Positions 14,366-27,171 of a DNA stretch of 64,000 bases are shown here, in pieces. The translations under genes were made by a program, and so were the position numbers. Numbering within the stretch: position 1 is the stretch's first letter; every line of letters begins with the position of its first letter. Origin of the DNA: Eledone cirrhosa (Eukaryota); NCBI GenBank assembly GCA_964016885.1, contig OZ024759.1, forward strand, positions 4,278,001 to 4,342,000, written 5' to 3'. The notes beneath the pieces are model-generated. The model saw only the letters and a program-made list of their open reading frames with translations. It was not told where the DNA came from and made no database searches.

Positions 14366-15838
14366 ATGACTCTAAACAGCAAATTACCCACCTTCTACCA
14401 CCTGGTCAAAACACATAAACAAGGACCCGATTTGAAAATCAGGCCCATTGTCTCTAGCGTGGAGGGCCCACTCTACAAAATATCGTGGCTGCTCTCCACA
14501 CTACTGAAACCTATTCTACACACACTACCAGCCCACGTCTGCAGCTCAAAGGAAGTCTTGGAGCGACTACACCATCTGGCGCCCAACACCAGAAAGGACA
14601 ACGGTTATGCCTTCAGTCTTGATGTGGTCGCCCTTTATACCTCCGTACCAGCATCCCCAGCTGTCGACCTGTTGACCGAACGAGTCCGAGCATCTAACTT
14701 ACACTGCTTCGGACCCACACACACGGACATCCACCAACTCCTCTCCTTCGTTGTGGATAATGCACTCTTCAATTTCCTCGGCCACACGTACAAACAAATC
14801 TCTGGGCTACCTATGGGCTCTAGTCTGTCCGGCATACTTGCGATCTCGTACATGGACCACCTGGAACGCAAGGCACTCAATACCTGCCAACCCAACGCCG
14901 TCGCCTTCTACTCCAGATACGTTGATGATATCCTGATACTTACTTCTTCCCGGGAGATGGCGAATGAAATTCACCAAATCTTCAACGATACTGACCATCA
15001 CATCGATTTCACCATCGAACACCCAGGAGAAGACGGGTCACTCGCCCTCCTCGACTTCCGTATCAACATCTCGGAAGAAGGAGACATAAACACCACCTTC
15101 TACCGCAAGGCAGCGTGCAAGGACTTATTTGTGCATTATAACTCAGCCCTCCCCAACAACGCTAAGAGAGGCTATGTCCTAAATGAACTGACATGGATCA
15201 CTAATAGATGCAGCGACCCGATGGGTGGTCTCACCCATACCACGCAATTCCGTAATCTACTCAGATCTAATGGTTATCCCAAGCGACTGATTAACGGAAT
15301 TAGAGACCCCAGACCCAATAGACAGACACCCACTAGAAAACTTAATAATAGCAGGTGCTTCATTAAAATCCCCCACCTGAGTGAATATACCACGAACGCC
15401 ATCCGCAGGGCCATACGGACGGAGGGACTTGACATACATTTGGCCCACACAGGACCTTCGCTGCGAAGATGCCTCTCCAACAAACCCGACGAGTCAGATG
15501 GGACGTGTTCCCTCAGCAACTGCCCGATACGGGGGGCAGATTGCCTACGCACCTATGTCGTATATAAGATTCAATGCGATAAATGTAACAAGTTTTACAT
15601 AGGTAGCACCATCCGACCCCTACATGTTCGTATCAAGGAACATATCAACACCAACGCATCTTCCTTCCGTAAACACATCCTTAAATGCGGAAACCCACAG
15701 GGTAGACCCTTGGTCACAGTCCTAGCGACTGAACGCAGCATCGGATCCTTAAGGATAAAGGAAGCACTTGTTATTAAGAACCTCAGACCCCCACTTAACA
15801 ACCGGGCTGAGAGAAATGAGCTGACATGGCTAACTTAA
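14366..15838 (+). CDS. Penelope-like RT + GIY-YIG endonuclease ORF (N-terminally truncated)
   Basis: 490-aa open frame carrying the PLE RT and GIY-YIG motifs. Confidence 0.88.
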   Translation: MTLNSKLPTFYHLVKTHKQGPDLKIRPIVSSVEGPLYKISWLLSTLLKPILHTLPAHVCSSKEVLERLHHLAPNTRKDNGYAFSLDVVALYTSVPASPAVDLLTERVRASNLHCFGPTHTDIHQLLSFVVDNALFNFLGHTYKQISGLPMGSSLSGILAISYMDHLERKALNTCQPNAVAFYSRYVDDILILTSSREMANEIHQIFNDTDHHIDFTIEHPGEDGSLALLDFRINISEEGDINTTFYRKAACKDLFVHYNSALPNNAKRGYVLNELTWITNRCSDPMGGLTHTTQFRNLLRSNGYPKRLINGIRDPRPNRQTPTRKLNNSRCFIKIPHLSEYTTNAIRRAIRTEGLDIHLAHTGPSLRRCLSNKPDESDGTCSLSNCPIRGADCLRTYVVYKIQCDKCNKFYIGSTIRPLHVRIKEHINTNASSFRKHILKCGNPQGRPLVTVLATERSIGSLRIKEALVIKNLRPPLNNRAERNELTWLT

Positions 15839-16149
15839 CCATAGTGACCATTCACAGCCTACGGCCTGCTATCTTCACACACACGCACGTATATGCATAC
15901 CCATATGCATACACACACACATCTATATTTATACACGCACACATGTTTTTACAACCTACCACCTTTCACACCCTTTGATTTCCAGCTTCTACAGCCCACT
16001 ATCTTTCACACACAAACGCACTCACACATATACACACACAGTTACACACACATGTATACCCATACGCTTACACACACACATCTATATTTATACACGCACA
16101 CATATTTTACAACCTACCACCTTTCACACCGAGTCAAGATATATGTGTG

Positions 16150-16345
16150 TGTGTGTGTATGTATGGAGGGGGAATATCAGGTGCAGTGTTAGCGAATTTC
16201 AGGCAACATGGAGGTTTTAAAGGATGCAGTGTCCCGGCAGCACACAACTGATGCGGGTAGTTTGTTCCATGCTTCAGTGAATTTCAGGAAGCATGGAGGT
16301 TTTAAAGGATGCAGTGTCTTGGCAGCACACAACTGATGCGGGTAG
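16150..16345 (-). mobile_element. CR1 3'-end fragment with internal duplication
   Basis: Reverse complement of the 3' end of the CR1 at ~26380-26510 (AEAWNKLPASVV region). Confidence 0.8.
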
Positions 16346-16511
16346 TTTGTTCCATGTTTCAGCAAATTTTTATATATATCGATTGACCAACAGTTAAAAA
16401 ATATAAATATAAATATAGTTTCTCAGAGTTTTTTCATCACACATCTGTGACATCATCAGTGATATTTCTATGCTTGTCATATTCCTGTGATGTTTTCTTA
16501 TTCTATTTTAT

Positions 16512-16558
16512 TTATTTGCAGTAGTTCCAACGTAAAAGACTTTCATAATAGTTGATCA
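16512..16558 (-). CDS. Candidate terminal exon of the multi-EGF gene, (V)INYYESLLRWNYCK*
   Basis: Branch-like CCTAAC and TTATTTATAG acceptor at 16559-16560; phase 1 matches the upstream EGF exon; stop overlaps AATAAA. Confidence 0.55.
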
Positions 16559-16934
16559 CTATAAATAACAGTTAGGAAAACCAGATAAAGTACATGTGGA
16601 GATAGAAAGAAGTAGACGGAGGGTCCTGTAAGGAACAGGTGCAAGTTTGCTTCCTTGCAAATACTTCTGTCTACATCTACCTTTCTCCTGAGATACTTTA
16701 CTACCCACATTAACCTGTCACCTGTGGTCCATTACTGTCTACCAGGAATAATAATTGTTTCTACTTTAGGCACAAGGTCAGCAATTATCCCAGTGTATTA
16801 CTGGTACTTTATTTTATCGACCACGTAAGGATGAAAGGCAAAGTTAACTTCGGTGGGATTTGAACTCAGATTGTAAAGGGACATAACTATGCTGGAAAGC
16901 ACGGCATCCGACTCTCTACTGATACTGCCATAAT

Positions 16935-17340
16935 ATAGTTAGACTAGTTAGAAGTAGAAATAAAAGACTATTAAACATATGTAGTCATTAATAATATAGT
17001 TATACTAGTTAGTGGTAAAAGTGAAAGAGTAATACACCTATGTAGTCATTAATAATATAGTTATACTAGTTAGTAGTAAAAGTAAAAGAGTAATAAACCT
17101 ATGTAGTCATTAATAATATAGTTATACTAGTTAGTAGTAAAAATAAAAGAGTATTAAACATATGTAGCCATTAATAATATAGTTATACTAGTTAGTAGTA
17201 AAAGTGAAAGAGTAATACACCTATGTAGTCATTAATAATATAGTTATACTAGTTAGTAGTAAAAGTAAAAGAGTAATAAACCTATGTAGACATTAATAAT
17301 ATAGTTATACTAGTTAGTAGTAAACGTAAAAGAGTATTAA
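16935..17340. repeat. 61-bp AT-rich minisatellite (~6.5 copies) abutting an exon donor
   Basis: Unit TATGTAGTCATTAATAATATAGTTATACTAGTTAGTAGTAAAAGTAAAAGAGTAATAAACC. Confidence 0.93.
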
Positions 17341-17346
17341 ACCAAC

Positions 17347-17484
17347 CAGTTTGACAATCAGTTCCTATATAGCCTGGTTCACCGTTGCCCTCTTCACAAA
17401 CACCATTGGTTCTGTTGCAGTATTTACTTTCTTCACAATGACAAACCTTTTGACAGTTAGACCCAAAAGTATTGCTTGGACAGA
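17347..17484 (-). CDS. EGF-like exon CPSNTFGSNCQKVCHCEESKYCNRTNGVCEEGNGEPGYIGTDCQT (7 Cys)
   Basis: 138 nt, CAG acceptor, GTTGGT donor, phase 1-1, open frame. Confidence 0.88.
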
Positions 17485-17694
17485 CTGGATGAAATAAAGG
17501 ATCAAACAGAAATTTAGTAAATTTAACCCTTTAGCATTTACATTACTTTATATATATATACTATTGTATTTTTACAGTAAACACTTTATCACATATTATG
17601 GAATCTACGAGATTTTGATGATGATATTATTTATTTTGAGAAGAATACCTTAATGTCAGTATTGGTGACCGGTTATTGAAAGAAGTCAATATAT

Positions 17695-20406
17695 AACCCA
17701 TTAGCATTTACATTACTCATAGACATTCAATGTAGAAGAGAACTGGGAGTTCCTAAAAAATAACTTACTAGAGGCAACGGATGAGGTCTGTGGCTGGAGT
17801 AAGACCTCAAGCAGGAGGAGAGTGACTTGGTGGTGGAACAATAAGGTATATGAGGCAGTTAAGGCCAAGAGACAGGCATGGAAAGAATGGAAGAACGGGG
17901 GGAGCAGGGTAAATTACATAGAGAACAAGAGGGAAGCTAGGCGACAAGTATACTTAGCTAGGAGGGAAGCAGAGGATAGAAAATTCAAGCATGTTTTGCA
18001 ATGTAAGGACCAGAAACAGGAGGTGTTCAAGATTGCGAGGCAGTGTGTCAGAGAGAATTGTGATGTCATTGGAGAGAAGTGTATCCGGAATGATAAAGGT
18101 GAGCTTGCCCTCACAAGTGCTGAGAAGAAAGATGCATGGAAGAGTCATTATGATAGATTACTAAATGAGGAGAATGCATGAGAAGAAGAGACCCTACCCC
18201 AAGTAGACCCTACAGAGGGGCCAGCAGTACAAGTCAGCAGCAGCGTAGTAAGTAAGGCAATCAAAGATATGAAGATGGGGAAGGCAACCGGTCCATCGGG
18301 TATAGCTGCTGAGATGCTGAAGGCATCTGGGTCTGTAGGTCACACTATAACCACACGTATTGTTAACCAGGTAATACTAGAAGGTGTCATACCAAAAGAT
18401 TGGTGCAGTAGCATTATTGTCAACTGCTACAAAGGTAAAGGTGATGCACTAGATAGAGGAAACTATAGAGGTATAAAGCTGATGGACCAGGTCATGAAAG
18501 TAACAGAAAGAGTTATAGCACAGTTGATTAGGGACCGGGTGAAACTAGATGAGATGCAATTTGGGTTTGTACCAGGAAGAGGCACCACTGATGCCCTCTT
18601 CCTTGTGAGGCAGTACAGGAAAAGTACCTAGCTAAAAGCAAGCCACTCTACCTGCCATTTGTCGATCTCGAGAAAGCCTTTGACAGAGTTCCACGTGCTG
18701 TAATCTGATGGGCTCTTAGAAAACTAGGAGTAGATGAATGGCTTGTGAAAGCGGTACAAGCCATGTATAGGGGAGCAGTCAGCAAAGTTAGGATTAGCAA
18801 TGAGTATAGCGAGGAATTTAGCGTACAGGTTGGGGTCCACCAGGGCTCTGTTCTTAGCCCCCTCCTGTTCATCATAGTCATGCAGGCAATAACGGAGGAG
18901 TTTAAGACCGGATGCCCATGGGAACTCCTGTATGCTGATGACCTCGCACTTATAGCTGAATCTATGGTAGAGCTAGAGAAGAAATTCCAAACTTGGAAGC
19001 AGGGACTAGAAAGAAAGGGTCTCAAAGTCAACATGATAAAGACTCAGGTCCTTGTAAGTAGACGAGAAAACAGAACCCAGATCCCCTCAGGGAAATGGCC
19101 TTGCTCAGTATGTAGGAAAGGTGTAGGTAGGAACTCCATTCCCTGCCCCAAATGCAAACAATGGGTACACAAGAGATGTAGCGGGATCTCAGGAAGCTTA
19201 ATTAAGAATGTAGGCTTCACATGCAGCAGCTGTGCTGGAACAGCACGCAGCAAAAAGCCACAGGAAACAAGTACCACCAATCTCTCGGAGGGCTCTGTAG
19301 AAAGAGTAGACAGCTTCTGCTACCTAGGTGACCGAATTAGCAGCGGAGGTGGGTGTTCAGAAAGTACAATAACTAGGGTAAGAACGGGATGGAAGAAGCT
19401 TAGGGAACTACTACCACTGCTAGCTGCAAAAGGCTTTTCCCTCAAAATGAAAGGCAGACTGTATGATGCGTGTATCCGAACAGCAATGTTGCATGGTAGT
19501 GAGACCTGGGCGCTGAAGGTGGAAGACTTATGTAGATTAGAGAGAAACGAAGCCTGCATGCTCCGATGGATGTGTAACAGTAATATACGCGAACGACAAA
19601 GCATAAATGAATTGAGAGAGAGACTGAGCATAAGAGGAATCAAATGCTGTGTGCAGGAGAGGCAGTTGCGTTGGTATGGACATGTGATGCGTATGAAGGA
19701 TGACAGCTGCATAAAAAGGTGCAGAGCACTAGAAGTCGATGGAAACCGCGGAGTGGGGAGACCCAAGATGACCTGGGATGAGGTGATAAAAACCGACCTT
19801 ACCCAATTCCACCTCTCAAAGGCGATGACACATGACCGTGACCTCTGGCGCCTCGCAGAAATACAGAGTACCCGACCTCCCATGGGTACAAGCTGATGCA
19901 TATAGACAATAAGCCCCCACACCCCCCACTTCAAGGTGGTCGTGGAGGTGCCACGGCAAAAAGCACCCAGCCCACACTGTAAAGTGGACGTGTAGGCAAC
20001 ACGAAAAAGCACCCAGCACTCACTGTAAATTAGGTTGGTGTTAGGAAGGGCATCCAGCTGTAGAAATCAAGCCAAATCAGTTCCTGTATGAGCAAAGCAT
20101 AGTCAGCCGACCAGACACTGCCCACAACAGGACAATCCGTCTAACCCATGCTAGCGTGGAAGAACGGACGTAAAACGGTGATGATGATGATGATGATGAT
20201 GACTCTATATATACTATTGTATTTTCATGGTAAAGGCTTTACCTCACATAAGTATCTCATAATGTCGAATCTATGAGATTTTGATTTTATCTATTTTGAG
20301 AAGAATACCTTAATGTCAGTATGAGTGGCCAGTTATGGCCGGTTTCAACAGAAAGAGGTGAGAGGATTCTGGTCAGATATGGCCGGTTTAAATGCTAAAG
20401 GGTTAA
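17695..20406. mobile_element. piggyBac-type MITE interrupted by an RTE insertion (partial sister copy at 17523-17690)
   Basis: Ends TAA-CCCATTAGCATTTA and TAAATGCTAAAGGG-TTAA; the internal sequence resumes after the RTE tail. Confidence 0.7.
17719..20201 (+). mobile_element. 5'-truncated RTE LINE, diverged subfamily, degenerate
   Basis: ORF pieces 17822-18181, 18269-18631 and 18745-19896 are homologous to 10182-12563; (GAT)n tail; ACTC on both sides. Confidence 0.93.
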
Positions 20407-20659
20407 ACACCCCAGTGTTGAAATGTGGTAGTGCTGGTGCCATGATAAAGTGCACCAAGCCTACACTGGAAAATGGAAGTGTTTGATGCTGTGATAAAAT
20501 GCATCCAGCCCATACTGTAAAGTGTTAGTGTGGTACCATGATAAAAGTAGCAAGACCACCCTGGCATGTGGTAAAGGTGGTGCCATGAGGAAATGCACCC
20601 AGTACATGCTGTGAGGTAGTGTTAGGAAGGGCATCCAACAATAGAAACTATGCTAGAGA

Positions 20660-21415
20660 AACACTGGCACACTTGGAAAATTAGAAGCACACAGGTACAG
20701 TGGGAACATCAGAGACACAGTGGGTACTCAAGAGGCACAATGGCTCACTGTGAACATCCAGAAGCACACTGGGATATTAGAGGCATACTGGCATACTGGG
20801 AACATTGGAGCACAGTGGGAACATCAGAGGCACACTGGAATATCAGTGGACACTAGGTACATAGGAGGCATACTGAGAACATCAGAGGCTCACTGGGCAC
20901 ATCAGAGACACACTGGGAATACAAGAGGCACACTGGGAACATCAGAAGCACAGTAGGCACATCCGAGGCACACTAGGTATATCAGAGACACACTGGGAAC
21001 ACAAGAGGCAGACTGGGAACATCAGAAGCACAGTAGGTACATCAGAGGCACACTAGGTATATCAGAGACACACTGGGAACACAAGAGGCAGACTGGGAGC
21101 ATCAGAGGCACAGTTGGCACATCAGAGGCACACTAGGTATATCAGAGACACATTGGGAACACAAGAGGCAGACTGGGAGCATCAGAGGCACAGTTGGCAC
21201 ATCAGAGACACACTGGGAACACAAGAGGCAGACTGGGAGCATCAGAGGCACAGTTGGCACATCAGAGGCACACTGAGCACATCAGAGACACACTGGGAAT
21301 ACAAGAGGCATACTGGGAATACAAGAGGCATACTGGGAACATCAGAAGCAGAGTAGGTACACAAGAGGCAGACTGGGAACATCAGAGGCACACAGGGCAC
21401 ATCAGGAGGCACGCT
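20660..21415. repeat. 20-bp minisatellite (CACTGGGAACATCAGAGGCA-type)
   Basis: Direct reading, ~35 degenerate copies. Confidence 0.92.
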
Positions 21416-21457
21416 GTTAATAAATGAACATTTACAGTTTAAAATAAGCATACTAAC

Positions 21458-21595
21458 AAGCTTGGCAGTCATGACCAGTAAAACCAGGTAGACACTTGTT
21501 GTTTGGACAGTGTCCAGTTTTAGGGTTACAGTTTGCACTGTCCTTGCATTTACAGGGATTTGAACAATGGACACCAAAATAACCAGCTTTACACA
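21458..21595 (-). CDS. EGF-like exon CKAGYFGVHCSNPCKCKDSANCNPKTGHCPNNKCLPGFTGHDCQA
   Basis: 138 nt, TTTTAACAG acceptor, GTTAGT donor, phase 1-1, 8 Cys. Confidence 0.9.
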
Positions 21596-21979
21596 CTGTT
21601 AAAATAAAACAAACAAGTAGAAATATCTAACATTACTTTACAAATATATACAGGGTGCAGCATAAATACTGTTACAAAATATCAAATGAGTTTAAGTCAT
21701 AATATTAATTACTTTATGCTTTGTAGCATAGAGTTACGGCCCTTTATGATCTGAGTTCAAATCCCGCCCAGATTAACTTTGCCTTTCATCCTTACTGGGT
21801 CGATAAAATAAAGTACCAGTCACACACAGGGAGCGCTTTAATAGACCCCCCCCCCCCCACAAATTTCTGGCCTTATGCTTATATAAGAAACCAATAATAA
21901 TTACTTTATTATTGATCTGATTGCTCAAATATTAACCTAATACTATATACTAACTGTTTTGGGGGTTATATAAGGATTC

Positions 21980-22250
21980 ATTGCACATTTTTTCATGTTC
22001 AGAGTTGCTGAAGCATGGAACAAATTACCTGCATCAGTTGTTAGCTACTGGGACACTACATCCTTTAAAACCTCCATGCTTCCTGAAATTCGCCAACACT
22101 ACACCTGATATCCCCCTTCCATACACACGCATGCATGTGTGTGTATTTCATGACTCATACACTGTTCACTTTCCTGACCTTTATACATTATTCTATGTAC
22201 TATATATGCACCTGAGCAGTGTACACAATAATTTCATTATTATTATTATT
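21980..22250 (+). mobile_element. CR1 3'-end fragment with (ATT)n tail
   Basis: Matches 26360-26768. Confidence 0.85.
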
Positions 22251-22289
22251 TAAATGTCCTTAGAATTGAAAGGAAAATTCATAATTGGA

Positions 22290-22590
22290 CAGCATGAAAA
22301 AAAGTAGACTCCACCTCAGATTTTTATAACTGGAAAACAGCTTGAAATTAACAGAATGCTCATAAAAAGGACCATTGATCACTTCAAAGAAACTTCCTCA
22401 ACAAAAGCCAAGATCAGGACGTCCTAGCACCTTCTGAACACCAAAACTAATCAAATACATGCATGAGAAAATCAGATGTAAGCCAAAAAGATTCATGAGA
22501 AAAATGGTGAAAGAGGCCGAAATTTCAGAGAGATCCATGAGGAGGCTATGTAAAGATGATCTCGAGATGTGAGAACAAAAGGAAAGCATA
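22290..22590 (+). mobile_element. Tc1/mariner transposase N-terminal remnant
   Basis: Frameshifted translation INRMLIKRTIDHFKETSS..PRSGRPS..KIRCKPKRFMRKMVKEAEISERSMRRLCKDDL resembles the HTH/GRPR region. Confidence 0.6.
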
Positions 22591-24405
22591 TCAAATAAGA
22601 TTTCATGGTGTTAATAAACATTTTATTAATTACATTGTGCCACAATTGTAGCTAGGTACAATAAATATTGAAGGAGTTATAAGCATTTTATTTTGTAACA
22701 GTATTTATGCCGTACTATGTAGTATTATGTGGTCAGAAACTCTCAAGAAAGTTGGACAGGAGAAGGTCACCAGAGAAGAACCACCCTCTCACCTCATGCA
22801 AGGGTTTCAGCCATTAACCCAGGCATGGGCAACCTTTTTCGAGAAGCGGGCTGCATGAGATATGGCTCATCATCAGGGAGGCCGCAAGCGCTAATTTACA
22901 TTTGTGCCCACATTAAAAAAAAAGGGTGATAACTCAGGTTGTTTTGATTTGTTTCTTCAGAATTCGTACACGTTGTTTTCCTCAATCGTTAAAAATTATA
23001 GAAAGATAAATTACGACTGAAAAGTTGGGGTAAAAAAATCAGAAAGATTTCACTTAGGTGATTTAGGTGAGTCATTTAGAAAGCTTTGTGGGCTGCAGGT
23101 TACCCATGACTGCCTTAATCTATTTAACATTTACATTACTGTGTTTAAGTGTGTGTGAGTGAGTGCATTTGTGTGTTTTAATGTGAGTGTGTTTGTGTGT
23201 TTTAGTGTGTGAGTACATTTGAGCATTTAAGAGTGTGAAAGAGTATGTGTGTGAGTGTGTTTGTGTGTTTTAGAGTGTGAGTGCATGTGTGTGTTTATGT
23301 GTATGTGTGTGTGAACTCTTTTATTCACCTCTTACAATAGGAAAGGACACTGTGCCAGTTATTTTGTGTCTCAACTAATTGCAACAAAGCTAATAAACTT
23401 TCATGCTCTATTTAACACTAACACAAGTGTAAATGGTGTTAAACTTACAATCATGTTCTGGGTTTCATTCTTGGACTGGGTTGTGTGTTATGTTCTTGAG
23501 CAAAACATTATACTCAGTATGTATGAATGGTCCTGTAACTCCTGACAGAGTCGTAGAGGTGCCGTATTAACAGACATCATTTCTTGGGTATTTTAAGCCA
23601 GGCGGAGCCCATCCCTGTCCAGGCCTGAATACAGCAGATTTCTTCCAGAGAAAGATAGAAAGTGAGAGAGAGGAAATGAGAAAGAGATATAGAAGAAGAA
23701 TCGACCCCAGTACTAGACTGGTACTTTTTTATTGACATCAAAAGGATGAAAGGCAAAGTTGACCTCAGCGGGATTTGAACTCAGAGAGCAGAGAGTTGGA
23801 ACGAATACCACAAAGCATTCTATCTGATGTTCTAACGACTCTGCCAATTCACTGCCTATATACTCAGTATACTCAGTTGGAAATGAGTATCAACAATTGG
23901 TGGGGGGTTTCTCTGCAATGGACTGGTGTCCTGTCCAGGCTGGAATTGTTTACTGTCAGTCACTTAACACCATGGAAACCAAGGTAAACACTGGCCTGAT
24001 TAGCATCCAGGCTTGAGACAAACTGTGCAGGATGGAATTTAAAATCCCCCAGCAATTGCTGGTACTCATTTTCAACTGAGTATACTACGCAAGAATGTTT
24101 TGCTTAAGAACGCAATGCACATCCAAGTCCAGGAATCAAACCCACAACATTATGATTGTAAATCCAACAGCTTTACCACTTGTGTTAGTGTTAGATAGAG
24201 ATGACAGTTCATTGATCTCATAACTAGTTTAAACTGTAAACAACTGACACAGTGTCCTTACATATTATAAAGAGGTGAATAAGATATTGAAAAAGATACT
24301 GTCAATTCACCAGCTTTTATTTTAATTTACAAATCTGCCCCCCCCCCCCCTCACTCCCATAAAAAAAAAAGAAAGAATGGAAATTCGATATTTAGTTTTA
24401 CTCAC

Positions 24406-26884
24406 CATTTTGGCAGTTTCTTCCTTGTACTGCACTGAGCTACAGCGCCCAAACTGGCATGAGATGTATAACTCTGGAGATGTGAACTCTATACTCCAGA
24501 GCATCCTGGACTCAATATGGATAGCGTGTGCAGCATCAGTGCCACAGAAGCGGAAAAATAACCACCCCAAAAGTGCAATCTGGGAAACTTCAGCGGTCCG
24601 ACTTGCCAGGAAAGAACGTCGGAACGCTGAACGGGAATATAAACTGCATAGATCAGATGCCAACAGAAAAAAGTGGAATAAATCTTCTAACCATCTCAAG
24701 CAAGTGACAAAGAAGGCAGTGCTTGAATTTGAACAGTGCATCGCAACCAATCCTGACAGTAAGGTGTTCTGGAAATATGTTCATTCAAAGCAGAGACCTC
24801 ACTCTCCAGTTGGTCCTCTTCGCAATCCCCACACAAGCCAGATCACTGACGATCCCAAGGAATGCGCAGAACTCATTGCTGAGTGCTATGCAAGTATTTT
24901 TACTGTTGAAAACCAGAATGTACCATCTTCACCATCTCTAACATCAAATTCCATAACAACTATGGAATTTACACCTGCAATGTTGCGACGTCACCTTAAG
25001 AATAAGCGCAACTATGCCTCCCCTGGTCTTGATGGTGTGACATACCTGCTTCTCAAACGTGGCGGGGATTTCCTTTTGCGCCAGCTTTCTTTTTTCTTTC
25101 AATACTGTCTCTGCAATGGTGCTACTCCGGAGCAGTGGAAAACTGCCAGTGTCATTCCCCTGTTCAAAAAGGGCAACCGCATGTCACCTGTCAACTATCG
25201 TCCAGTCAGTCTTACTAGCTGTATGGCCAAACTGATGGAATCCTGTGTCAGAGAAACACTTTGGAACTTCTGGAGCTCTCACAGCCTCATCCGGCCCTCA
25301 CAGTTTGGATTTATCCCTAACTCCAGCTGCTGTGATCAGCTTATCGAGTTCCTTGAGGACATCACCCGGATCACTGACAGCGGCTCATGGGTGGATTTTG
25401 TTTATCTTGACTTTGCTAAGGCTTTTAATTCTGTGCCACACAAAAGACTTATGGCAAAACTCTCTGCAATGGGTGTGAGGGATGATCTTTTCGACTGGCT
25501 GAAATCCTTCATTCTCAGCCGAAAGGAAGTAGTCACGGTTCTAGGACAGCATTCTTCACCATATGAGATGTCATCTGGTGTACCACAGGGATCTGTTCTT
25601 GGTCCTCTTTTGTTTGTGGCATATATTAATGACATAGATGCCAACTTACAGAATGCCACGGTACTAAAATATGCAGATGACATCAAGCTGTACCTTGAAA
25701 TCAAAAGGACTGATCCTGAAATTTACAACTCTTTCCTACAATCAGACCTGGACACAATGCAGCAATGGATCACAGACTGGCAACTGAAGCTGGCTGTGGA
25801 CAAGTGTACCACCATGCATTTTGGAAGGAAAAATCCAGCGTCCACATACTCCCTCCACAACACTGACATCAAAAAGTCCTCTTGTGAACGTGACCTGGGC
25901 ATTACTGTCAGCAACGATTTCCGTTGGACAAAGCATGTCTCTAAGATTGTCAAGAAGGCCGAGGGTGTCTTGGCATCACTCAGCAGGATCTTTGTTAGCC
26001 GCTCTCCAGCCATCTATTTAAAACTGTATACAGCTATGGTGCGACCACACTTGGAATTCGCATCATCAGTCTGGAACCCCTATCTTGCTCGGAACATTGA
26101 CCTCCTGGAAACTGTTCAGAGACGTGCAACCAAGCGCATACTCTCCATCAGACACCTACCATACTCTGAACGCCTTGCTTCCCTGGGCATGGATTCATTG
26201 AAGCTCCGACGTCTGGCAATGGACTTGGTGAATACCCACAAAGTTTTTAACCATCTCGCCAACTGCAACCCTGAGCGCCTCTTTGATCTCCATGTGTCTA
26301 ACACACGTGGACATGCCTACAAGATAAGAAAACAGCACAGCTCCCATGACTTTCGCAGACATTTTTTCACGCTCAGAGTTGCTGAAGCATGGAACAAACT
26401 GCCTGCGTCAATTGTTAGCTGCCGAGACACTGCATCCTTTAAGACACTCATGCTTCCCGAAATACGCCAAAACTACACCTGATGTGCCCCTTCCATACAC
26501 ATGCACACATGTGTGTATCATGACTCGTGCACTGTTCATTTTACTGATGTTTGTGCATTGCCCTATGTACTGTACATGCACTTTTTTGATGGGTTGTGGG
26601 GCACCTGGGCACTGTGCACAATATTTCATTATTGTTATTGTTATTATATCATGACTCATACACTGTTTATTTTCCTGACATTTGTACATTATTCTATGTA
26701 CTATACATGCACCTTTGATGAGTTGTAGTGCACCTGAGCACTGTACACAATAATTTCATTATTATTATAAAACCAGCAACACATCTTCCGTCAGAACATA
26801 TTCCTGTCACTGAGTCACATTTGTTGCTGTCTACACAGTGACATATACCTTCACAGTTGCTGCCAAATCTACCATTCTGGCAGA
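24406..26884 (-). pseudogene. EGF-like exon copy split by a CR1 insertion (pieces 26769-26884 and 24406-24426)
   Basis: The two pieces total 137 nt and match exon 28265-28402 with one base lost at the junction. Confidence 0.93.
24427..26768 (+). mobile_element. Young 5'-truncated CR1 LINE
   Basis: Uninterrupted RT frame to 26482 (YRPVSLTS, YLDFAKAF, GVPQGSVLGPLLF, YADD, ERDLG, RPHLEFA, WNKLP); partly duplicated 3' UTR and (ATT)n tail; no TSD. Confidence 0.95.
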
Positions 26885-27171
26885 CTTTCAAAGAAACAAA
26901 AACATTGTTTGTTAATAAAAAAAAAAGCAAACCCTTTTTTTTTCAGAAACTTCTGGCGGAATCCCAAAGTCTCATATTTTTATATGGTTTGAATATAAAT
27001 ATACTTCTCTACCTTTTTTTCATGGAACCCCAGACATTCCTTTGCAGAACCCTTGGGTTCCATGGATCCCACTTTGGGAATGACTAATAAAGAACAACCT
27101 AAAGTTTTGAGAGATAAAACAAGAATTCATATATGTTGCACAGAGTAATTAGCTTCTTTCATTTCACTCAC

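Larger units (their letters stand above)
13290..16129 (+). mobile_element. Penelope-like element, 5'-truncated, with inverted pLTR
   Basis: ORF 14366-15838: RT (RPIVSS, SLDVVALYTSV, YKQISGLPMGS, RYVDD) plus GIY-YIG endonuclease (VVYKIQCDKCNKFYIGST..RIKEH); 13855-14186 is an inverted copy of 15799-16129. Confidence 0.92.
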
